A DNA stretch of 42,742 bases. Origin: Monosiga brevicollis MX1 (lineage: Eukaryota). The first letter of the stretch is position 1. Every line of letters begins with the position of its first letter. Where the stretch lies: contig NW_001865080.1 in assembly GCF_000002865.3 (NCBI RefSeq), positions 17,875-60,616 of the forward strand, read 5' to 3'. The translations under genes and the position numbers were made by a program. The notes under the pieces are model-generated. The model made no database searches and had not been told where the DNA came from. It was given only the letters and a program-made list of their open reading frames with translations. Below, piece by piece: positions 32,393 through 42,742 of this stretch.

Positions 32393-33024
32393 CCCTGTCT
32401 TTTAATTCCTCTGTCACAAGAGGGTGCTTGTGTGCTGTGTTCATGTGGAATCCGTACGTCGAGTGTATGGAAGTGGGTTTGCCAGCGCAATGGGCTTGTG
32501 CTTCAGGCTGCCACAGCTGTTTCCGACCAGAGAAAAAATGTTGATTGATTTCATGCCAAGAACGTCTTGTTGTGTTTTCGTTTTTGTTTTTTTGTTTTTT
32601 TGTTTTTAGCTTTCTCCTCAACCCTGATAATTGAACAACCAGATTTAAGCAGGGCTGTCTAGTCGCATTGGGCATGCGATTATGGCAGAGGCCATTTCAA
32701 CATCAACTTACATGTGAATCAAGAGGGGCAGGAGAATCGTCAATTCGACTTGTGAAGACTTTGGTTGGCGAGTACGAGAAAGAGGCGCAAGAGCATGAAG
32801 AAGAATCTGATGGTCGATGGTCGATAACTCAAACAGGATACTCGGGGACTACACGCCAGACTGGGCATGCAGGGAGAAAAGGGAAGATGATGATAAGAGA
32901 CGGCAGGCATGGAATGAAGAGAAGCGGCCAAGGTTACGAGAACGAGAACCAGCTCGAAACAAGGAAAAAGGAAAAAAAACTTTCAAAGATCTGGTCTTGT
33001 GCACGGACAGCAAAAACGATGTGC

Positions 33025-34254
33025 TCAGTCCCGGAAGCTGGGCGTCACAAGTTCGTCAAGATCGTTCTCACGAATCTCATTGAAAGCTCGAGCAACAACG
33101 TGACGCGAGGACCGACGTCGCTGGCTGATGGTGCTCTTGGTTGGGTGGCAAAGTTTCAGGCTCTCGCTGCTCACGTTCATGCGCCGGTGTGTTGCATTGG
33201 CTGCATCTGCAAATTGATCAAGGGTATTGCGGCGCTGCCGGTCGCGCAGAATCTCTGGCGTCTTGAGAGCAATGGCTGGGGGGTCATGACGAATCCATGG
33301 ATGCATCAAAACTTGCCGCGCAGTCAACCGCTGCAACAAACAAATCAGCAACCAAAACAGGTGAGCGAGGACCGCTTGGTACCAGCAGACGCAAGGAAAG
33401 AAAAGAAACCGAGGAGGGGTTGGGGACTTGGCGTACGTCTTCGGCGCGAACAAGGAGACGTGTGATAAAGTCCTTGGCCCCGCTGGAGATGTGATGCCAA
33501 TGCGAAGCAGGAAAGCTGAATTCTCCTCCAGAGATGGCGTCCAAGAGTTCCTCCTATCTCATGGATGGTCAGTGCAGTGCCCGCGCCGTCCCCATGCATA
33601 AGCAAAGCCTGAGTGAGAAAGGGGGTGCGCTCAACCTGGATGCCGCGACCACAGCCAATAGCTGCATGAAGATAGGGGCGTCGATGCAGACGAGGTAACA
33701 GACCGTGTGTAGCGCTGCCATTTGACCTCTAAGTTGAGCTGCCGTGTTTGAGTTGGCGGGACCTCGAAAAGGGGCCTGGCCCGAAAGAATGAGATAAGTC
33801 ACCACACCCAGCGACCAACAGTCGCAAAGAAAATCGTAGCTAGCGGCTCCGCCAAAAATGGCGTCGGCCACCTCGGGTGACATGTACTCTGCAATCGGGC
33901 AATACGCACGCACACACGTGGTGCAAAAGGGGGGTGAGGACTTGACATGGGGTCGAAGGTTTCAAAGCAAACAACAACAACAACAAAAGAAAAGGAGGGG
34001 GGAACAAAAAGGTACCTGGAGTTCCGACCGGAGTCATCAGCGGCTTGCTTCCATTGGAAGAGTCGATGACGGCGGCGAGATTGAAATCACAAATTTTAGC
34101 AGGGGTAACCTTGCCTTCATGTTGACAGAGAATGTTTTGGGGTTTAATGTCGCGATGCACAATGCCATTGCGATGGAGGTAGCTGATGCCGCTAGCAACG
34201 TCGCGTATAACCATGCTCGCCAGGCGCTCCGTAAAAGCGGAGAGGCCCTGTCGA

Positions 34255-34291
<37 letters not shown>

Positions 34292-35456
34292 CGATGAAAA
34301 TGAGTTGAAGGGAGAGGCAAACAGGTCTGGGATGAGTGGCAGAATGAGGTCGTGCGAGTGCGATCTCCTGGACCCCAAGAGCGGTGCGAGCGAGGTGGGG
34401 AAGAGGACGCACACGAATGCATTCCATTAGATTACCACCAGCCATGTGTTCGTAGACGATACAAAATCGATCAGGTTCCTCAATATAAGTAAAGTACTGC
34501 ACAACATTGGGACACGCTCCCACCTGACACGTGCGCGAGTCAAAAGAGCAGCGGGTGTTGCAGGTCAGCAAACGAAGCGGAGCTGGCAAAGGAGAGCGCT
34601 CAAGGGCTGGACATACTCTGACGGCAATGTCTATTTCCCGCAAGACTTGCTTGCGATCGAATTGATCGGTGGCTTTAAAAACAATCTTGACTGCACGACG
34701 CTTGTGCGTTTCATACTCGAAACACTCGTTCACGACGCTGAAAGCGCCTTTACCGAGTTGGGGGCCCATGCGATACCGTTCTGCCATAGCAATCCAGCAG
34801 CACAGCGGTGGGAGGGGGATGAGGGGATAGGAGGTACGCATCAAGCAAAAAAAAAAGGGGGTGGGGGGTTTCGGGACTAGGCAATGGGTGAGGTAGGGCT
34901 GAGCCGTCAAGTACAGAGGGGAAGCTGAGGTCTCACCATCAAAAGAGATGGGCTTTTGCTTGATGACGACCTTTTTCTTTTTCTTTTTGACGGCTTTGCG
35001 GTCAGGGAGAGCAACGTTGAGGAGGGCTGAGTTGCTGTCGGTGGATGCATTGAGGTCGTCGCGGGAGGATGTGGAGCTGGAAACTGGGGTGGGGTTCTGC
35101 GAGCTAATCGCGCGAGGAGCAGAGGAGGCTGGATATTGGGTTGAGCTGTGAGGGGACAAGACCGAGTCATTGTGGGAGCGGGCAGTGCGCGAAGAGGCGG
35201 CATCGTCTTGGGAGCTGGACGGATATGAGTCGATGTTGGTGGGGGTCTCGGGGTTGCTGCCCTGGCCGTTGCTGCGATGGGGTGACCCATTCTGGAGGCG
35301 GTTTAGAACGGTGGCACCTCGTAAGCTGTCAAAGGTGAAGACGTCGGGCTCGGCCGAGGAGCGCAGTGAGCGGCCCTCCTCGGAGTTTTGGGGTAGAGGC
35401 GGTACTGGGGTACCCAGCTGTTCGGCGCCGCTCTCGCCACGATCCAAGGCTGACAT
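33025..35456 (-). CDS. MAPK-interacting kinase (MNK/MKNK)-like Ser/Thr kinase, multi-exon
   Basis: Basic KKKKKK tract before the kinase domain, LGKGAF, AVK, HRDIKPQNILC..PAKICDFNL, MTPVGTPEYMSPEV, YDFLCDCWSLGV, WHHISSGAKDFI and QVLMHPW. C-terminal LKLCHPTKSTISQRR resembles the MNK MAPK-docking segment. Confidence 0.88.
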
Positions 35457-36555
35457 GCCGAAGGGTGCCCAAGTTGCAGCGCAGCAGCAGCAAAGTCCTG
35501 ATTCCAACAGCGGCAGCCAACACGCATCCGGTGGCAGCAGGCAGGGGAGCTCCAAAGTGGCTGATGTCGAGCGCACTCAAGAGCCCAAAGCACCAATCAC
35601 ACAGCCAAAGCTGCCGGAAAGCCGGACAGCGAGAGCGCGCGCGCGAGACAGAGAGAACGCGCGCGCAGACACACGCACACACACACAGCAGGGGGCTTCG
35701 TCGATCACGTTGATCGGTGTTGTTGTTGTTGTTGTTGTTGTTGACTTGCTCTTCTGCACCGTAGGGCCGTGTGGGCGGGGTGGTCTGCTACAGCGGTCTG
35801 CTTGGCTTGAATCACCAGTGTAGCTGCCAACGGCGCTGGAAATCGTTGACCAAGTCGTCGTTCGGTGCGCGCTGCCATATCCTATTTTTTTTTTTTTTTT
35901 AAGCCATCTCGTCCTGTCAAGGTACTGCAGCAAAAGAAAAACACCAGAGACGGTGACTGAGAGGGAAGAGAACTTGAGAGGGATGGATCGGAAGGGAGGA
36001 AGAAGTAGAGAGGGGAAGGGAGGGAGAAGCGCGGTTAGAGAGGGGGAGAGGGATTGGTGGATGTTCAGAGGTGGATGCTGATGTCGAGTGGGAATTGACG
36101 TTGAAGAAGAGGTGAAAGGAGAGATGCGTGTGATGTATGAGAGTGAGACAGAGATGTGTGATAAACTGTATACCTGACAAGAGAGAGAGGCAAAGGCGAT
36201 ATAGCCGGCAGAGTGAGAGGTGTGACGAGCGTCAACAGCAAGAGAGGAGAGGACTACTGGTGTTTGGCTGAAGAAGTGTCAGTCCTTGGGGCAGCGAAGA
36301 CAGGCATGAAACGACGCCAACCCGCCAGGTGCTGAAGCCATTGGTGCAGCAGCATTCGCACCCATCGTGTACCTGTCGACTCCATCAAACCCGGGCTGAT
36401 CACGGCTCGGACGGGACTCGGGTCGGCGCTGCCGTTTGCCCGACCCAACCGAAGAAGCGCAGATGTTGTTTTTATATCCGAGAGATGTCTTTAGAGTACT
36501 GAACGTTCATCTTACAGGGGTCATTGTTAGATTGTGGTCCTAAGCGTGGGCGAAA

Positions 36556-36637
<82 letters not shown>
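36556..36637. repeat. (CT)n microsatellite upstream of ELP1
   Basis: Seen directly in the sequence. Confidence 0.95.
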
Positions 36638-36642
<5 letters not shown>

Positions 36643-36742
36643 CTTGTTCCGCGTGCACGACCGTTCAGACGGCGGCGGCGAGAGCCGAGTGGTGTTGGGT
36701 TGTGAGGACGGCGAAGCGGGTGTTGTGGGGTTTCAGGTTGAA

Positions 36743-39700
36743 ATGAAGAACTTGGCTGTGACGCGCCAATGGCGCTCTGCTGCGGGCACGGCCCCCAACG
36801 TGGAGCAGCTGGCCATCAACGTCGACACTGAAGGCCTCTACAGCGCCAGCAGCGGCGCGGTACACTACCACAATGACGAGCTGACCGAGGTGCGTGCCCT
36901 CAAGAACAACGGCGCTTGAATGTCCGCGGGACACATTGCTCATCTCGAGACGTTGCGCCTCGTTTCATCCGCATCCACAGGTCGTGGATCAGCACGAGCT
37001 TGTGCCCGAGGCCAGCCTTTGCGGTCCTGTCGTGGCCCTGCAGCACTTGGCCCTGCTCGAGTGTGTCAATGCCGTGACGGCTCTGGGCCAGATGTACAAC
37101 ATCGAGCCCCTATCCCATGAGGTGAGCCTGGGAACATTATCCCACTTCCCCTGCAGTTTCTTCATCCCACCTCCCCTCTCATTGGCACCGTGTCAAACCA
37201 TCTTGGTGCTCTAGGTCGAGCTTGTCGGCGAGGTGCCTGGCGGCATTGAGGCTGCTGCCTGGAGCCCCGATGAAGAGGTATGAAGGCCCTTGTTCTCATC
37301 TTACAGACTTTCCTTCTCGATTCCAGTCTCTCGGTGGGCCTACCCCCGCCTGCCGTTGGCCCCAGCTATGCTCGGCTGACCTGAATGCTGCCCTCTTTGG
37401 CACTTGCCCTTGCTGTAGTTTCTCGTCACCGTCACGTGCAATCAGCAGCTCCTCATGCTGACCAAGGACATGGACGTTCTAATTGAGACCCCGGCCCGGC
37501 CCACGGACTATGGTCTGGATCAGCCTGTCACTCTAGGTGGGTACCCAAAAACTGGCAAGTCTTCCATGACCCAAACGATTGGCGGCCCTCATCCAGGTAC
37601 CTCGTCCGCCACCTTTCAACAGGATGGGGCAAGGCTGAAACTCAATTCCAAGGCAAGGCGGGCAAACTTTCAAGCCGCCCGCGCCAGGTGGAAGCTGCCG
37701 TGCCTTTTGATGATGGACGGGCACGCATTTCCTGGCGTGGGGATGGCGAGTTCCTTGCCACCTCCACCCTGGATGAGGATGCTCGATCTGAAGGCCACCT
37801 CCGCAAGCTTCGCATCTGGCGCCGTGATGGCACCCTTTCTGCCACAGCCGAACGCGTCCGTACCCTGCTTGGCGCTCCCACAACCAACAGTCCCTCGCCT
37901 TCATTCTTTCAAAAGCACACCTGCCACCGTCGCCTCATCCGCGCATTTTGCTGCTGCAGGTGCCTGGCTTGGAGTCTTGCTTGGCCTGGCAGCCCTCTGG
38001 CAGGCTAATTGCTACCAGTCAGCGACTACCCAGTGCCCACCACATTGTTTTCTTCGAACGTAACGGTCTACGGTACGCCCCCAGCTTCGCGTGGCATTCC
38101 AAGAAATAAGCCCCGCTTCTCAGTCGCGGGTCCTTGTTGTTACTGCTGATGTGACTTTTTTTTTAAAAAGATGACTTTTCTTCCGTTTATTCTTTCTCCG
38201 CCACTCATCACTTTTGACTGGCTTTGCCTCAGCCATGGCGAGTTTGCGCTGCCGTTTGCACAGTCCGAGGTGCACGTTCGACACTTGGCCTGGAATGCCA
38301 ACTCGACCATCTTGGTGCGCACCTTGCCAGAGTCGCGGGCGGTCCTTCCCCATCTTTTTTCTTGGGTCGAAGACGAGGCAACCTGACTGCGGCTCTCATC
38401 CGTACCCATAGGCTGTCTGGCTCCAGCGCCTAGGCGAGAATCAAGAGCCCACTGCTGAGAGCATCTTGCAGCTGTACACAGTAGGAAACTATCACTGGTA
38501 CCTCAAGTTTGAGCGCCGCTTTGCCGCTGCGGCCAGCTTGGCCAGCCTACGCTGGCACTCAGAAGATGCAAATCGGTACGTGCTAACTTGCGCTAACCAG
38601 TCGAATATATCCCACAGACTCACAATCCATGCACGCACGCGCTTAACAAACTTGTGCGCGTGGCTGTGTCTCCGTGGGGTGGGGTGGAACAGGTTGTACA
38701 TGGCGACCACAGATGGTCGGCTGGAAGGTCTCGAGCTACATCGTGCAGTGTCGCGTCCTGCCATTTCGTCTGGAATGGATCAGGGTCATGTAAGCGCAAG
38801 TCGTTCTGGTTTCGATCCCCTCCTGCTGTGCTACACACGCCTATCCCTCGTGGATCTTATGACTCGCCCAACCGAACCTGCTGTGCACAGGTGGCCGTCA
38901 TTGATGGACCCAAGCTGCTCCTCACTGCCTGTCGCCAGGCCGTTGTACCGCCCCCCATGGCTCAGCAATCACTTCAGCTACCTGCAAGCATCGTGGCAGT
39001 GGATGTGCAATCGTTTCCCACGGTACGGATCTGCCCATCCACAAGTCCACACGTAGTTTGAGCGGCATGCGCACCAGCGCGAGACAAACAACGGCATGTG
39101 CCGCCAGTGCAGCCAGCGCAATCCTTCGACACCGTGTGTGTCTCATGTGACGTCATTTACTTACTGGGTCGTGGCACCTAGACGGGGTGTATGTTGGCCG
39201 CCGTAACTGCCGATGGTCAATTGACCCTGGGCCAGCTGGAAGCCAAGGGCGAGGCCACGCTCCAAGCAGCCCAGATGCTGCCCGATAACCTGGTGCTTGA
39301 TGTGCGTCACTATAGCGTGCCCGAAAAAAAAATGGCCCCAAAATGCTGCCGTCGTCTAACTCTTTCACCCGCATGTGTAGGGACGATTGATCGCGCACTT
39401 GTGCTTGCTCTCGGCCACGCGGGTGGCAGTGATTGTTGAGCAAGGGCTTTGGGTCTTGAGCATCAGTAGCACGATTCAAGTAGAGCGCCAGCTTTCTCTG
39501 CCGGCACCGGTGACGGCCGTGACGGTTGTGGATGGCACGCTCTTTCTTGCAACTCGCGAGGGCAAAGTTTTCCAAGTCAATGCTGACGCTGAAACCGTGG
39601 CACCTATGCCAACCCCCGCTGCATCCCACACCGAGGACAGCCAGTTTGTGCAGTTTCCCGAACCTGTCTACGACTTGGCCGTCGTAAAACTGGGAGGCAA

Positions 39701-42490
39701 CTGGCGCGCTCTCGGTCGATCGCGCCGCAACCGTTTCTACGTCAATGAAGTGGAACTGTGCAACAATTGCAACAGCTTTGCCTTGCGGGATGACTTTCTC
39801 TTGTTGACGACGACAGAACACCGCTTGCATTGCTGGCCAACGACTCAAGACGTGACCGCTGAGACCCGGCTTCCCTCGCAAAAGGCGCACGAGTATGATG
39901 GGCGTCTGCGCGCTGTGGAACGCGGCGCTGAGTTGGTTGTTGTGCCTGGCCGAGATATCAAAGCCGTCTTGCAGATGCCTCGCGGCAATCTCGAAGCCAT
40001 CTATCCGATGGCGCTCGTGGTGTTTGAGATTCGTCGGCTCTTATCGCTGCAAAAATGGCGCGCGGCATTTTTGTTGCTACGACGCCACCGTGTGTCGCTC
40101 AACCTGATGATTGATCACGATCCAACCGCCTTTGAGTCGCGCATTGACGACGTCGTGCGCGCCCTGGACAGCTCCGACTTTGTCAACCTTCTCATCATGG
40201 AACTCAAAGACGAGGACACAACGCAACACATGTATCTCCCACTTGAAACCGCCCACCAGGTATGTCACAACGCAAAACGCCCCCGCTTGTCGGAAACTGA
40301 AGCAGAGTGGGTCTTCTGCGCAACTACGCGTGTGGTTCTGGAGCTGACCATGCTTGCATGTTGTGTGGTAGGTGCCGGCCGAGGCCGCTTATACCCGGGC
40401 AGGCAAGGTCAACAAGTACTGCCTTTTGCTCCGTGAGGCGTGCACGCGACTCGATGAGCAGCGCTACCTACATTCAATCCTGACGACCTGTGTCAAACAT
40501 CAGCCGCCGCTGCTAGAGGAGGCTTTGCGTTATGTCCTCAACCTGCGCAAGGATGCGGGCGCACTCCCGGCGAGCACGGTGACGGGGAACGCAGGAGCCG
40601 ATGCCGCTCGCTCGGCACTGAAGTACCTGCTGCTACTCGTGGACGTTCAGCAGCTTTATCGCGCCGCACTTGCCAGCTACGACCTCAAATTGGCCCTTAT
40701 TGTTGCCCAGGTGTGTCAAACTACGGGGGCAGGAGAAACACTCAAATGGGGAGACGAGACTAAATTTGACGAGCTCGGGCACGCATCGCCACCCGCGATG
40801 ATCAGCGCCCACACACCCAGCTCACGCTGATGTGATGGTTCAAACTAGGTGGCACAAATGGATCCGCGTGAGTACGTGCCCTTTCTGCAGCGTCTGGATA
40901 CACTTTCTGAACCGCTGCGTGCGTATGAGATTGAACTCTTTCTCAAGCGCTTTCCTCGGGCCTTTGAGCACCTCTTGCGGGCTGGTCCAGCGCATTTTGC
41001 TCAAGCGTGCGAACTCGTTGAGCGCCAGCATCTGCATGCGCATGCGCTGCGACACTTGGCACAGGAACGGGCCACAAAGCCTGAGACGGCAGCCGAACTG
41101 CACCAGATTCAGCGAGACATTGCTCTGGCCTATGGTGAGGTGCTTGTTGGCGCCAGCCAGATGCGCGAGGCCGCTCTAATGTTCATCAAGGCTGAGGCCC
41201 TTGATCGCGCGGCAGAAGTCTTGGTCGATGCTGGAGCTTGGCGCCAGCTGGCCCCACTTCTGCCACAGCTTGCTCCGGCTCGGGCTGATGATCTGCGGGA
41301 GCGCATGCGAGAATCGCTGGACACGCTGCAAGCGCATCGTGAGCTGGGGGCGTTCGTGGAACTCTGTTGTCTGCCCGTGTGCACCGAAAGTGCCTCGCAG
41401 AACCTGGCTTCGGAGGCGCTTGAGGCCTACTGTCAGGCTCGTGCATGGGCGGATGCGCTACGCTTGGCTGCCGTGGTGACGGGGGGTCAACACGCGGTTC
41501 AAACGGCCCTCGTGACGCATCACAATGGCCTGCAGCAGCAATATTCGGCCATGTTGGAGCAGTTGCAGCGCCACACGAGCCGACTGGATGCCGTGCGCGT
41601 GCGCAAGGTCGAACTCGCACATGAGGATGCCCTGGGCCTTTTTGACGAAGACGATGAGGATACGCTTTTCATGGGGCGTGATTCGGACCTCTTTAGCCAA
41701 GCCAGCAGGTACGGCGGAGCAGACCTGTACCGGGTGGTGGCATCCCCCCCCCTTTGTTTTTGTATTTCTTTCCGTTTCTCTTTCGCGCTCGCATTGCTTT
41801 GGCTCGTCTAGCTTGGGCCGACCACCATGTTCGCAACTCATTTGGCCTGTGCGCGTTGGCTTGTGCAGCGTGAAAAGCAAGACATCGCGCGGAAGCTCGC
41901 GCACTCGCAGCTCGCGCCGCTCCACTTCAAAGTCGTCCAAGGGCCGCCGTCGACACGAGGCTAAGAAGTTCAGTCTGAAAGAAGGGGGCATGTTTGAAGA
42001 GGAGGCTCTTCTGCATGAGCTGGCTCGCCTGGGGCGGCTCTTGGAGGATGCCGCGGATGCCGTTCGTGAGGCCTGTGAGGCGGCTGTGTCTCTTGACCTG
42101 TACCAGCTGGCTGACCAAACACAAGATCTGTACAACCAGTGTCGCCAGCGCGCGCAGCGTTCGATTAATCACGCGTGGACGCCGGCGGCCATGCGCCTGA
42201 CCTGGCTCATTGACATGGGCGCGTCTCCGGTCAAGAGCGAAAGTGATATGCCAGCCCTGCTGCGCACTGCGCGAGGTGAGCGCGACCCAAGTTTGGAGAC
42301 GCAAGGCACCACCATGATTACGGCCAAGGGTCGGCGAGCCGCCGCGCGGTCGCTGGCCGCTGAGCAAGAGGTCGAGTTTGCCGAACGGCCCCTCAAGCCT
42401 CGTCTGGCCGAAACCTCGAGTGTGGCGCTTGACTGCCTCACTCATCCCAAGCAAGCGGCGGCCGCCTCCGCCGAGAATCCGATGGCCTAA
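36743..42490 (+). CDS. ELP1: Elongator complex subunit 1 (ELP1/IKBKAP), multi-exon
   Basis: MKNL start, AAWSPDEE, GWGKAETQFQG, ISWRGDGEF, FFERNGLRHGEF, GNYHWYLK, RAVERGA..LQMPRGNLEAIYP, QMDPREYVPFL and the basic tail RRHEAKKFSLKEGGMFEEEALL. Confidence 0.96.
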
Positions 42491-42605
42491 GTGGTGTTTT
42501 CTTGCGCTGCTGCAATTGAAAAGGGTCCACCAAAATCCGGATATATCAAAACTTGTTTGAACATGTTAACGTTCAAATTGATGAAAAAAAATGAATGAGA
42601 GAGAG

Positions 42606-42742
<137 letters not shown>

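Overview
Compact, intron-rich, microsatellite-rich eukaryotic genomic DNA. The gene style suggests a unicellular holozoan such as the choanoflagellate Monosiga, but this is inference. The left end (1-4250) is a mobile-element zone: the 3' end of a Ty1/copia element (RNase H, PPT, TA...TA LTR) inserted into a 15-bp/165-bp higher-order tandem repeat, followed by a 5'-truncated, frameshifted CRE-like (RT plus restriction-like endonuclease) non-LTR retrotransposon. The rest holds spliced genes: KIAA1143-like, a PX-PH protein, DDX18/HAS1, CCT5, a kinase-only STE20/SLK-like protein, RPS10, eIF3L, PSMD11/RPN6, GID8, an NRF-6/acyltransferase-3 protein, an MNK-like kinase and ELP1. The main hidden signal is an intronic snoRNA system that the ORF track cannot show. 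One RPS10 intron carries three tandem snR13-like box C/D snoRNAs. The four long eIF3L introns each carry a snoRNA or candidate: one snR68-like C/D, one C/D with no assigned target, and two H/ACA-like RNAs. Exon boundaries were read by eye, and all family and rRNA comparisons are from recalled sequences, not database searches.
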